A stretch of DNA of 64,000 bases. It comes from an uncultured Verrucomicrobiae bacterium. GTDB taxonomy: Bacteria; Verrucomicrobiota; Verrucomicrobiia; Chthoniobacterales; Chthoniobacteraceae. The number at the start of each line of letters is the position of its first letter. Position 1 is the stretch's first letter. Of the stretch, positions 39,269-48,414 are shown piece after piece. The position numbers and the translations under genes were made by a program. Under the pieces are notes generated by a model. It did not search any database. It saw only the letters and a list, made by a program, of their open reading frames with translations, and had not been told where the DNA came from. The DNA lies in contig CAVYKI010000012.1 of assembly GCA_963769025.1 (NCBI GenBank), forward strand, positions 256,001-320,000, given 5' to 3'.

Positions 39269-40228
39269 TCACTCCGCAATCGCGTAGCGTCCCATGCTGC
39301 GCGACTGGTAGAGTTCGCCCTTGGACCAGATGCAGCCCTCGACATGCGGCGCCTGCTCGATCAAAGGCAGCCCGGCTTCCCGCCCGAGCACGAATGCAAC
39401 CGTCGAGAGCACGCCGGCTTCCGTGCAGGTCGGCGCGATGACCGTGACGCTCTGGCAGCCGTTATCCACCGGCCAGCCGGTACGCGGATCGAGGATGTGT
39501 GTGAATGAACGCCCGTCGATCTCGAACGCCCGGAGGTAGCCGCCCGAAGTCGTCACGGCGCGATCCTTAACGGCGACGCCGCCCCAGCAGCGCTGCGGGT
39601 CGAGCGGGTGCTCGAGCCCGACGCGCCATTCGCCACCACCCGGCGCCTCGCCGCTCACGCGCAGATCGCGTCCGAAATCCACACAGATGTCCTTGATGGT
39701 CCACTGCCGGCTTTGTTCGAAAATCCGATCCACCGCGTACTCCTTCCCGATTCCGCCAAGGTCGATTCCCATTCCCGCCTCGGGCAGGAAGATCCCCCCG
39801 CTGCGGCGTTGCACCTTGCCCCAGCCGGTGAGCGCGAGCGCGCGCGAAATTTCCCCCGGCGCCGGGATGACAGGCTTCTCCGCATGGTAGTCCCAGAGCC
39901 GCGCGATGGGGAGCGTGCTCGCATCAAAAACACCGCCGGTCCGCCACGTGAACCAGTCGCAGAGTTTCAGGATGCTCTCGAGTTCCGCGTCCGTCTCCAC
40001 CCAGTCGCGCCCGGCCATCGCGTTGATTTTTGAGATGAGGCTGTCGGCCCGGAATCGCGAATATTTCGCCTCGAAGTTCTCGACCCATGCGACGACGGCG
40101 CGGCGGAATTCCCCGGCGGCGCGCAGCGACGGCGCTCGGAAAATCACCTGGCAATGCGTTCCCATCGCGCGGAATTCGAGCCGATCGAAACCCGCGTCCG
40201 CACTGGATGGCGACCCCGTCGGCGACAT
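39269..40228 (-). CDS. apbE: FAD:protein FMN transferase
   Basis: FRAMGT, SRFRADS.IS.IN, IDLGGIGKEYAVD, TTSGGY, HILDPRTG. Confidence 0.93.
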   Translation of the reverse strand: MSPTGSPSSADAGFDRLEFRAMGTHCQVIFRAPSLRAAGEFRRAVVAWVENFEAKYSRFRADSLISKINAMAGRDWVETDAELESILKLCDWFTWRTGGVFDASTLPIARLWDYHAEKPVIPAPGEISRALALTGWGKVQRRSGGIFLPEAGMGIDLGGIGKEYAVDRIFEQSRQWTIKDICVDFGRDLRVSGEAPGGGEWRVGLEHPLDPQRCWGGVAVKDRAVTTSGGYLRAFEIDGRSFTHILDPRTGWPVDNGCQSVTVIAPTCTEAGVLSTVAFVLGREAGLPLIEQAPHVEGCIWSKGELYQSRSMGRYAIAE

Positions 40229-40237
40229 TGCCGGAGA

Positions 40238-41542
40238 TCAGAACGGGAACCGCAGGCCGATCGTGTAGATGTTCGCGTTCGGATACGCGTCACTGCTGGT
40301 CACCTTGTCGCGGCCCCACATGTCATAGCGCTCGTAGCCCACATCGACGGAGTAGGTGTCGCGCGGCGTCCATATCAACTTCACGCCGTAGGAGAGCGAC
40401 GCTGCGTTCGAAAGCCGGTAGTCGGCGGAATAAAATTCCGGCGTGCTCGTGAACATCATCCCGTAAAAATTCGCCGCGTCCTGCTGGTGATAGCGCACGC
40501 TGGGCTTCAGCACGAGCGTGGGGCCGATTTTCTGGTACCACGCAAAGGCCGCCGTGTGGGCGCTCACTCCGAATGAATCCCGGTAGAAACGGTGCGACAC
40601 CTCGGCGTTGCCGTTCAGCGAATCCACCGCGCGCGTGAGCGACGTGAACAAAATCTGATGGTCCTTCCGCCCGGGGCGTTTGTCGCTCAGCAGCGAGCCG
40701 CTGACCCATGCGACCTTGTACGGATCGGAAAGAAAACCCGACGAATAGCCGGCCGTGAAGTTCACGGCGAGCACGGTCTTCGGATCGAGCACCTGCGTCG
40801 CGCCGAGAAAAAACTGCACGCCATTTTTCGTCTCCGTCGAGTGGGTGGCGATGGCGTCCACGTCGTCGTGATTCAGCGCCAGGCCCGCCGAGACGACCGT
40901 GTTCTTCTGGTTGAACTCCCGCGCAACCTTCCCCGTGGCGGTGAACGAAGTGTAGTCCAGTTCGTTGCTAAAGGCGAACTGCCCGCTGTACAGATAGTCT
41001 CCGGAGCGGAGGGTGAGCTCGGCGTTCACGCCGAGGCGTGCATCGTTGAAACGCTGCGTCGGCAGCACGTCGTCCGTCGCCGACGGAAGCGGCGGCGCGG
41101 ACGGGCCGGTAGCGGACGTCGTGCTGACCGTCGTCCGCGCGCTCGCCCCCGACACCACATTGTAGGTGCGTCCGGCGCTGCCGATGCGGATCTGGTTGGT
41201 CGTCGGCGCGCCGGTCGGCGATGCGCCGGAAATCACGTCGTAGATTCCCTCGATCTTGAGATTCAGCCGCGTAGAAAGCTCCTTCTCCAAAATGAACGAC
41301 GGACCCCACACGGTGACGCGATCCCGCTCCTCGGCGTACCAGATGTATTTGAAATCCACCCGGTCCTCGGCATCTGCGCGGCGCACCTGGAGGAGTTGGA
41401 GCGCGACGGCGAGCATCATCGCTCGCGTCCGCAGGGAAGTGCCGCTCAGTTGCGGCCGTATCGGGATGAAGTCTCTTGCGCACGAATTCGCATCCTTTCG
41501 GATCGCCGCTGCCGTTTTCAAGAAAAACCCTGACAGTTTCAT
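40238..41542 (-). CDS. DUF3570-like outer-membrane beta-barrel protein with flavinylation motifs (start uncertain, 41542 or 41419)
   Basis: Y.EE..RV.V, DVISGAS and NVVSGAS, SNELDY.S, FNQKNT, GFLSDPYK, YRDSFG, SADYRLS, C-terminal Phe; adjacent to apbE. Confidence 0.8.
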   Translation of the reverse strand: MKLSGFFLKTAAAIRKDANSCARDFIPIRPQLSGTSLRTRAMMLAVALQLLQVRRADAEDRVDFKYIWYAEERDRVTVWGPSFILEKELSTRLNLKIEGIYDVISGASPTGAPTTNQIRIGSAGRTYNVVSGASARTTVSTTSATGPSAPPLPSATDDVLPTQRFNDARLGVNAELTLRSGDYLYSGQFAFSNELDYTSFTATGKVAREFNQKNTVVSAGLALNHDDVDAIATHSTETKNGVQFFLGATQVLDPKTVLAVNFTAGYSSGFLSDPYKVAWVSGSLLSDKRPGRKDHQILFTSLTRAVDSLNGNAEVSHRFYRDSFGVSAHTAAFAWYQKIGPTLVLKPSVRYHQQDAANFYGMMFTSTPEFYSADYRLSNAASLSYGVKLIWTPRDTYSVDVGYERYDMWGRDKVTSSDAYPNANIYTIGLRFPF

Positions 41543-41699
41543 TCCCGCGCTCCGTTCCCGGCCTCGCCCTGCGCGGCCTTCGCGTTTCCGGTTCCGCGTC
41601 GGTTGCGGAACATTTTCCCGGGCCGCATTCGCCATCTTCATTGACAAACCAGCGCCACGGTAAAGCGTATCCCCGGCCGGAAAAACAGGATCACCAACC

Positions 41700-42236
41700 A
41701 TGAACCACACAGACTTCACCCCACTGACATGCGGGCGCCCGTCGGGGACGCCGTGGATTGCGACCCTCCTCGCGCTGCTCGTCGTATTCACGGGTTTCGC
41801 GAACGCGGCGGATGCCGGCACGCGCCTGCCCAGCCTCAGCGGTGCTTCGCTCGAAGGCGACTTGCCGGCCACACGCGGCAAGGTCCTGCTGGTGGATTTC
41901 TGGGCGTCGTGGTGCGGGCCGTGTAAAAAATCATTCCCGTCCCTCGAAGAGTTGCACCAGCGCTACAAGGGGCGCGGCCTCGTCGTGATCGGCATCAGCG
42001 TGGATGAGGACGCCGGGGCGATGCATCGATTCCTCCGCCAGCACCCTGTCTCTTTTTCCATCGTACGCGACCGGGAGCAAAAGCTGGTCAAGGCGCTGAA
42101 AATCGAGGCGATGCCCACATCCTTGCTTGTGGACCGGAGCGGCGTGATCCGGTTCGTGAATTCGGGATTCAGGGGCTCGTCCACCGAGGCCCAGCTCCAG
42201 CGGCAAATCGAGCAGCTTCTCCAGTCTTCCAAATGA
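41700..42236 (+). CDS. TlpA-family thioredoxin-like disulfide reductase
   Basis: Signal/TM, GKVLLVDFWASWCGPC, ISVD, MPTS.LVDR.G. Confidence 0.92.
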   Translation: MNHTDFTPLTCGRPSGTPWIATLLALLVVFTGFANAADAGTRLPSLSGASLEGDLPATRGKVLLVDFWASWCGPCKKSFPSLEELHQRYKGRGLVVIGISVDEDAGAMHRFLRQHPVSFSIVRDREQKLVKALKIEAMPTSLLVDRSGVIRFVNSGFRGSSTEAQLQRQIEQLLQSSK

Positions 42237-42463
42237 AATCACCACGCCGACCCATCTTTCTCGCCACGCTCCTGCTCACCTGTGCGTGGCTGCTGGGCGG
42301 CTGCGCCACCGTCGCGCCTTGGGAGAAGGGAACGCTCGCCGAATACGGCATGCGCCCCGATCGGGATCCGCTCGGCGACGGCCTCGCCGAACACGTTTAC
42401 TTTTCCCGCGAAGCTGCGTTCGGCGGAAAAGGCATCGGCGGCGGCGGCTGCGGCTGCAACTGA
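42233..42463 (+). CDS. DUF4266-like lipoprotein
   Basis: Lipobox LGGC, V.PWEKG.LA, H.Y.SREA, C-terminal GGGGCGCN. Confidence 0.85.
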   Translation: MKSPRRPIFLATLLLTCAWLLGGCATVAPWEKGTLAEYGMRPDRDPLGDGLAEHVYFSREAAFGGKGIGGGGCGCN

Positions 42464-42533
42464 GCGACGCTCACGCATTGCCGGGCGCGTCCGGGCCGCT
42501 CGCGCGTGCGGTGCAGCAGGACGCCGCAGGGCG

Positions 42534-42950
42534 TCAGAGGCCCAGTGCGCGCAAGGTAGGAGTGTCGATGCTTCCCGTGACCCTGAGTTCGTGCCGGGCC
42601 TGGAATGCGCGAAGCCCGGCACGCGTGCCACGCCCGAAGTCGCCGTCCACCGGTCCTTCGTAATAGCCAAACCGTTTCAATTTCCGCTGAACCTGCGCGA
42701 CCAGCGACGAACCTTCCACCGCACCCGGGTACGGAGGACGCGGCGGGATCGGGATCGGAAAGCCAGGACCAGGACCACCGGGACCACCAGGGCCAAATCC
42801 GGGACCTCCCGGCCCGCCGGGGCCAGGGCCGCCTGGACCTCCTCCGGGGCCTCCCGGGCCGCCCGGGCCGGGCTGTGCGAACGAGAGGCTTGCCAGTGAA
42901 AGTGCCGCGAGAAGCACCGTGGTCCGTGACAGGGAGAGGATTCGTTTCAT
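42534..42950 (-). CDS. Exported Gly/Pro-rich protein with peptidoglycan-binding domain
   Basis: Signal peptide, (GGP)n linker, VQRKL...GYY.G.VDG.FG..TR.....FQ....L.VTG. Confidence 0.85.
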   Translation of the reverse strand: MKRILSLSRTTVLLAALSLASLSFAQPGPGGPGGPGGGPGGPGPGGPGGPGFGPGGPGGPGPGFPIPIPPRPPYPGAVEGSSLVAQVQRKLKRFGYYEGPVDGDFGRGTRAGLRAFQARHELRVTGSIDTPTLRALGL

Positions 42951-43136
42951 GGGACTTTCCTAGAGTGCGAAGCGGGGACGGTCAACTCGATTGGCATCAA
43001 CCCCGAGTGCCCATGGATGCATGCTTCCCGCCGCGACGCGAAAGCCTGGTCCACCGGGGCGAATCCAACCCTCTCACCCAATCCAGCCGCGACGGAACGG
43101 CGTCCTTCCCGCACCGCAAACCCGCGGCCGGCCGTG

Positions 43137-43586
43137 TCAGCCGACCTGCTCGCCGAAGACGTACCGCGTGAGGTGTTCGATCGTCGCCGTCTGAGCGGAG
43201 ATGATCCACTTCACAAGGTCACCGATGGAGAGGATGCCGACGATCTCGCCGTTCTCGACCACCGGCAGATGGCGGATGCGCTGCTCGGTCATGAGCTGCA
43301 TGCAGTCATTCACCGTGCTGGAGGTGGTGACCGTCTCCGGGTCGCGGGTCATGATTTCGCCGACGAAAGTGTCCTTCGACGTGCGGCCCATGAGCACGAC
43401 CTTGCGCGTGTAATCGCGCTCACTGAACATGCCGACGAGCCGGCCTTGCTGGAGCACCGGAACCGCGCCGATGTTATGCTCCGCCATCATTTTAATCGCA
43501 TCGAGCACAGTGGCGGTGGCGGTGATGGAATGAATGGTCGGGGCCTTGTCGCGCAGGAGCGCGCCGACGGAGTCTGTGTTTTGCAT
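43137..43586 (-). CDS. CBS domain protein
   Basis: IGAVPV...LVGMFSERDY, IMT, IRHLPVV...GILSIGDLVK. Confidence 0.92.
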   Translation of the reverse strand: MQNTDSVGALLRDKAPTIHSITATATVLDAIKMMAEHNIGAVPVLQQGRLVGMFSERDYTRKVVLMGRTSKDTFVGEIMTRDPETVTTSSTVNDCMQLMTEQRIRHLPVVENGEIVGILSIGDLVKWIISAQTATIEHLTRYVFGEQVG

Positions 43587-43812
43587 GGCGAGGGGTTTTC
43601 ACCGATGCTGAAACTCGCCGCCGAGGATTCAAGACCAAAAACCGGCAAACCATTTCCCTCACGGCGAATTCACGAAAACGAATACCCGTCGCAACAGGGG
43701 GCGAAATCGTGAATGCACCGGTACGCAGCCCCGCCCTGCGGGCGTAAATGCCGCGGAGCTTTGCGAGCGGACACCTTTGGACACCCGCCGCCGAACCCGC
43801 TAAACGCTCGCC

Positions 43813-44514
43813 ATGCCCGGCATCCAGGTCGGATTTCTCATCTTCACTTTTGCCGGGCCGATCCTGCTGTGGATCCTCAGCCGACACGTGGATTCCCTGC
43901 GTTTCGCGAAAGGGATTTGTTGGACCTTCGCTCTCGCCCTCACCGGCGCGTGGGCCACGACCATCGTCGTGCTTTACCGGGACGACGCGCTCATCCCCCG
44001 CTACGCGCTCCCGATGCAACTCTGCGACTGGGCGCTTGCCGCGACGGTCGTCGCCCTCGTCCTGCGCCGCCAGCTTTGCTTCGAACTCGCCTACTTCTGG
44101 GGCCTCGCGGGTACCGCGCAGGCGCTCATCACCCCGGCGCTCGACGACACCACGATGTGCCGCGTCGTCGGCTTTTTCATCATCCATTCCGTGATTCCCG
44201 CCAGCGTTTTGTGGCTCATGTTCGAGTTCAAAATGCGGCCCCAGCGCGGTGCATGGCTGCGCGTGGTGCTGTGGTCGCAAGTCTATCTCTTGCTCGCGCT
44301 GCTCACGAACGCCGCCACCGGCGGCAACTACGGTTTTCTGAGCCACCGCCCGAGCGTCCGCAGCATGCTCGATCTTTTCTCCGACACACCCTGGTTCTAC
44401 ATCCTGCAGATCGATCTCACCGGGCTTGCCATTTTCTTCGTCCTCGATCTGCCCTGGCAGTTCGTCCGGCGGCGCCAGGCGGCGCAGGCAAAATCGTCCG
44501 CGTCCCCGCCCTAA
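43813..44514 (+). CDS. YwaF/TIGR02206-like integral membrane protein
   Basis: LPMQLCD, YFWGLAGT.QALITP, FFIIH, NYGFL..RP. Confidence 0.8.
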   Translation: MPGIQVGFLIFTFAGPILLWILSRHVDSLRFAKGICWTFALALTGAWATTIVVLYRDDALIPRYALPMQLCDWALAATVVALVLRRQLCFELAYFWGLAGTAQALITPALDDTTMCRVVGFFIIHSVIPASVLWLMFEFKMRPQRGAWLRVVLWSQVYLLLALLTNAATGGNYGFLSHRPSVRSMLDLFSDTPWFYILQIDLTGLAIFFVLDLPWQFVRRRQAAQAKSSASPP

Positions 44515-44749
44515 AACAGGCTGGAAGATTGTTTCACAGGCAGGCGCGGTGGCATCTCCGATGCTACATTGGAGTGCCGTGAAGAAGTTCCCCTTCCCTC
44601 CCAAACTCGATCCCCTGGGCGTAAAGACCGGGCTCGAACTCGCCGCCGGCGGCATCCTCGCGTTGCTGCTGATGCGCTGGTTCGGGATGTAATCCGCGGG
44701 CTGCCCACGGAGTCTTGCCGCGCAAAGGGCGATGCGCGAGGATTCCGCC

Positions 44750-44983
44750 ATGCCGACCTACATCTACCAGACGACAGACGAGACGAAGCCCCCGCGTCAG
44801 TTCGAGATCCGGCAGAGCATGAAGGACGACCCGCTCACAAAGCATCCCGAGACCGGCGAGCCCATCCGGCGCGTCATCACCGGCGGTTTCGGCTACATGG
44901 GGAAAGGAAACGCCCCGCGGCACGCGGACATGCAGCGCAACATGGGCGGCGGCTCGTGCGGCACCGGTTGCGGCTGCCACTGA
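44750..44983 (+). CDS. FmdB-like zinc-ribbon protein variant
   Basis: MPTY.Y...FE..QSM.D.PL...P..G....R.I pattern; Cys-rich tail CGTGCGCH. Confidence 0.75.
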   Translation: MPTYIYQTTDETKPPRQFEIRQSMKDDPLTKHPETGEPIRRVITGGFGYMGKGNAPRHADMQRNMGGGSCGTGCGCH

Positions 44984-45099
44984 CAGGCAGCCGCCGACGG
45001 AGGCGGGCCGATCGGGTTCCTGCCGTCGCAGCAGTCCTGCAAGATTGCCCGCCTCCTTCCGGCGGCAGTTGCAGAAAGACGGATGCGCCCCGTCCATGA

Positions 45100-46422
45100 T
45101 TGACCGCCGTCATTTGCCGTTTGCACTCGCGCTCCCAGCGCGCTCTCATCCGCGCCCCTGTGGAGAACCCGCCTGCCAACACCACCAACCGCACGACGCT
45201 GCGCCTCATTTTCCTGACGCTGTTCATCGACATGATCGGCTTCGGGATCGTCATCCCCGTGCTGCCGCTCTACGCGGAAGGCTCGCGCTTCAACGCGACC
45301 GAAACCCAGCTCGCGTGGATCGTCGGCATTTACTCGCTGCTCCAGGTCGTCTGCGGCCCGATCATCGGGAAAATCAGCGACCGCGTCGGCCGACGGCCCG
45401 TCCTGGCGGTGAGCATCTTCGGCACTTCCGTCGGGTTCGCCATCATCGGCACCGCGGGCCTCGGGTGGTTCAGCCCCGAGACGGCCATCATCCTTCTCCT
45501 CGTGGGCCGCGCGATCGACGGCATCAGCGGCGGCAACATCTCCACCGCCATGGCGTGCATCGCCGACAGCACGAGCAAAAAGGAGCGCTCGCGCAACATG
45601 GCCCTCATCGGCGCGGCGTTCGGGCTCGGCTTCGTCATCGGCCCCGCGCTCGGCGGCGTGCTCAGCAAATACTTCGGCCTCGCGTTCCCGTTCTATTTCG
45701 CCTCGGCCCTCGCGCTCATGAACGCCGTGCTCGTCATGCTCCGCCTGCCCGAGACGCTCACGCCCGAGGTCCGCGCGCGGGCGCGCGAAATGGCGAGCCT
45801 CGGCGAGGTCTTCAGCGGCGGACGCGCGGGCACCGTGATCATCGCGCTGCTCAGCCAGCTCGCCGGAGTCACGGGCTTTTCCGTGATGACCGCGCTCTTC
45901 GCGCTCTTCTGCGCAAAACGCTACGGCTACGACACCGCGCATGTCGGCTACGTGCTCGCCTACGTCGGCATCGTCGGCGTGCTCATGCAGGGCGGCGTCG
46001 TGCGGCGGCTCCTCGCGCGGCCCATCGAGAAGCCGCTCGCCATCATCGGCACCGCGGTGCTCGCAGGGAGCATGGCTCTGCTCGCCATCCTGCCCACCGG
46101 CAGCGGCATCGGCCTGCTCCTGCTCGTGTGCGCCGGCATCTCCGTCGGCAACAGCCTTTCCACCCCATCGCTCAACGGCCTCGCCTCCCGCCTCGTGGAT
46201 TCCCACGCGCAGGGCCGGCTCATGGGATTGATGCAAAGCGCCGGCGGCCTCGGCCGCTTCCTCGGCCCGATGCTCGGCTACTCGCTCGTGCATCTCGACA
46301 CGGCCGGCAACTACGGCCGCGTCGCCTTCCTCGCCTCGGCCGGGCTGCTCTTGGTGGACTGCGTGCTGCTGCTGCTCATGCGCGTCCCGCCGCCACACGA
46401 TCACGAAGAACAGCCAGCCTGA
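45100..46422 (+). CDS. MFS transporter (TetA/DHA1-like); start may be GTG 45160
   Basis: FIDMIGFGIVIPVLP, GKISDRVGRRPV, GRAIDGISGG, AFGLGFVIGPALGG. Confidence 0.9.
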   Translation: MTAVICRLHSRSQRALIRAPVENPPANTTNRTTLRLIFLTLFIDMIGFGIVIPVLPLYAEGSRFNATETQLAWIVGIYSLLQVVCGPIIGKISDRVGRRPVLAVSIFGTSVGFAIIGTAGLGWFSPETAIILLLVGRAIDGISGGNISTAMACIADSTSKKERSRNMALIGAAFGLGFVIGPALGGVLSKYFGLAFPFYFASALALMNAVLVMLRLPETLTPEVRARAREMASLGEVFSGGRAGTVIIALLSQLAGVTGFSVMTALFALFCAKRYGYDTAHVGYVLAYVGIVGVLMQGGVVRRLLARPIEKPLAIIGTAVLAGSMALLAILPTGSGIGLLLLVCAGISVGNSLSTPSLNGLASRLVDSHAQGRLMGLMQSAGGLGRFLGPMLGYSLVHLDTAGNYGRVAFLASAGLLLVDCVLLLLMRVPPPHDHEEQPA

Positions 46423-46426
46423 CCTT

Positions 46427-47389
46427 ATGCGCCTGAACCGCTTTCTCGCCTCCGCCGGCCTCGGCTCCCGCCGCAGCGTCGAGGAACTCATCACCCAAGG
46501 CATCGTCCGCGTGAATGGCCAGGTCGTCACAAACCTCGCCACGCAGGTCGGCCCGACCGACGCCGTGAAAGTCGGCAGCCGGCTCATCCGTTCCGAGGAG
46601 CCGATTTACGCCGTGCTGCACAAGCCGCCGGGCTACGTCTGCACCGCCGCGGATGAATTTGACCGCCGCACGATCTTCGAACTCTTCCCGCCGAACTGGC
46701 CGCAAGTGCACCACGTCGGCCGCCTCGACAAGGAAAGCGAAGGCCTCATTTTTGTGACCAACGACGGCGACCTCACGCACATCCTCACCCACCCCGGCCA
46801 CGAGGTGGAAAAGGAATACGACGTGTTGATCGACCGGCCGTTCAACCCCGACGACCGCGAGAAGCTGCTCAAGGGATTTCACATCGAGGGCGGCTTCGCG
46901 AAGTGCGAGGGCGTCGAGGCGATCAAGGCAAACCGCTTGCGGCTCGTGCTTACGCAGGGCATCAAGCGGCAGATTCGCGTGATGCTCTACAAGCTCGGCT
47001 ACGAAGTGGAGCGACTCTTCCGCATCCGCATCGGCCCCATCGTCATCTCCGGCCTCGCGCGCGGCGCGTGGCGTTTCCTGAACCAAAAGGAAGTCGCCGA
47101 ACTGCGCAACGCCAAGCCGAAGGTGAAGCCGCCGGTCAAGCCGCTCAAGCCACGGACCGCCGGTGAGAAAAAGCCGCGCCCACACCGGCCCGCGTCCCGC
47201 AAATTTACGCCCAAGTCCTGGGCTCCGAATCCGAAGAAGGCCCCGGCCGCCAATGTCCCGGCGAAACCTGAATCCCGCCCCGAGTCGCCGGCCCGCAAGC
47301 CGCGCCCCGCGTCCGGTTTCAAACCTCGCCCTGCGTCCGGCTTCAAGCCTCGCGGCGGCGCAGGCGATCGAGAGCGACGGCGGCGATAA
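46427..47389 (+). CDS. RluB/RsuA-family rRNA pseudouridine synthase
   Basis: MRLNRFLA S4 domain, HKPPGY, VGRLDKESEGL, HP...VEKEY, RQIR.M; basic tail. Confidence 0.92.
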   Translation: MRLNRFLASAGLGSRRSVEELITQGIVRVNGQVVTNLATQVGPTDAVKVGSRLIRSEEPIYAVLHKPPGYVCTAADEFDRRTIFELFPPNWPQVHHVGRLDKESEGLIFVTNDGDLTHILTHPGHEVEKEYDVLIDRPFNPDDREKLLKGFHIEGGFAKCEGVEAIKANRLRLVLTQGIKRQIRVMLYKLGYEVERLFRIRIGPIVISGLARGAWRFLNQKEVAELRNAKPKVKPPVKPLKPRTAGEKKPRPHRPASRKFTPKSWAPNPKKAPAANVPAKPESRPESPARKPRPASGFKPRPASGFKPRGGAGDRERRRR

Positions 47390-48407
47390 TCACCGCGCCG
47401 ATAATCACGCGCTGGGTCCAGTCCTCCCACGCCATCGCGGTCGCGCCGTTGCGCAGCACGGTCATCAGCAGCGCGCCGAGCACTGCGCCGAAGACGCTCC
47501 CGCTGCCGCCGTTCAGGCTCGCGCCGCCGATGACGACCGCCGCGATCACATCGAGCGCAAGGTCCGGTGCGCCGGTCGGATCGCCCTGCGTGAGACGGGA
47601 AAATTGCAGCGTGCCCGCCAGCCCGAAGAGCGCACCTGCGAGCGAGTAGATCGCGACCTGCGTCCAGCGCACGCGGATGCCGCACAGCCGCGCCGTCGCC
47701 TCGTTCGACCCGATGGCAAAGATGCGCCGGCCGAAAACCGTGCGGTTCATCACGACCGCGACGAGCACCGAAAGCCCGATCGCGAGCCACACGCCCGCGG
47801 GCAGCGGCCAGAATTGCCCCGGCTCCTCGACGGCGAGCAGATTGAGCAGCCACGACTCGCCGATGTCCCCGTCCAGATTCACCGTCTGATTTTCCGAGCG
47901 CCACAGCGCGAGACCGCGGATGACGCTCATCATGCCGAGCGTGACGATGAACGGATTCTGCCGCAGCCCCGCGACGAGCGAGCCATTCACGCAGCCCACC
48001 GCCGCGCCTGCGAGGATCGCGATGAGCGCGGCGGTGAGCGGCGTGCTGCCGGTGTTCAGCGATTTCGCGACGAACACGCTGCACATCGCGACGGACGAGC
48101 CGACGCTCAGATCGATTCCGCCGCTCACGAGGATCAAAATCATCCCGAGCGCGCCGACGGCGACGATCGCGGTCTGCGTGAGATTCTTTTTCCAAGCTCC
48201 GCCGGTGATGAACGAGTTCAGCCCCGTGAACGTCTCGTCCGGCTGCGCGCGCATTTTCGCAAATGCCTCCGTGAACGCGATCCCTTCGTGCTGCTGCTGA
48301 AAGTCGCGCACGTCCTTCCAAGCCAGCAGCGCGCAGAAAAGCCCGACGACCAGCGCAAGCGCGAGCACGGGACTGAGCAGGGAAAAAATTCGGCGGAGGG
48401 CGTTCAT
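47343..48407 (-). CDS. Monosaccharide ABC transporter permease (RbsC-like)
   Basis: GGIDLSVGS, PFIVTLG, T.FGRRIFAIGSN, LDVIAAVVIGGASL.GG.G. Confidence 0.92.
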   Translation of the reverse strand: MNALRRIFSLLSPVLALALVVGLFCALLAWKDVRDFQQQHEGIAFTEAFAKMRAQPDETFTGLNSFITGGAWKKNLTQTAIVAVGALGMILILVSGGIDLSVGSSVAMCSVFVAKSLNTGSTPLTAALIAILAGAAVGCVNGSLVAGLRQNPFIVTLGMMSVIRGLALWRSENQTVNLDGDIGESWLLNLLAVEEPGQFWPLPAGVWLAIGLSVLVAVVMNRTVFGRRIFAIGSNEATARLCGIRVRWTQVAIYSLAGALFGLAGTLQFSRLTQGDPTGAPDLALDVIAAVVIGGASLNGGSGSVFGAVLGALLMTVLRNGATAMAWEDWTQRVIIGAVIIAAVALDRLRRREA

Positions 48408-48414
48408 GGGGAAA

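Noticed and set aside
42440..42470. Selenocysteine readthrough at the DUF4266 TGA
   Set aside because: GCGCN is the normal family terminus; no reason to invoke recoding
42760..42875. CRISPR-like or DNA-level repeat array
   Set aside because: Codon-level Gly-Pro low-complexity linker; no repeat-spacer structure here or elsewhere in the window
44561..44692. Possible 43-aa membrane peptide
   Set aside because: Too short and featureless to support without homology data
47295..47389. 24-bp tandem repeat and 47-bp convergent overlap of pseudouridine synthase and permease
   Set aside because: Low-complexity basic tail (RPASGFKP x2); short convergent overlaps are common
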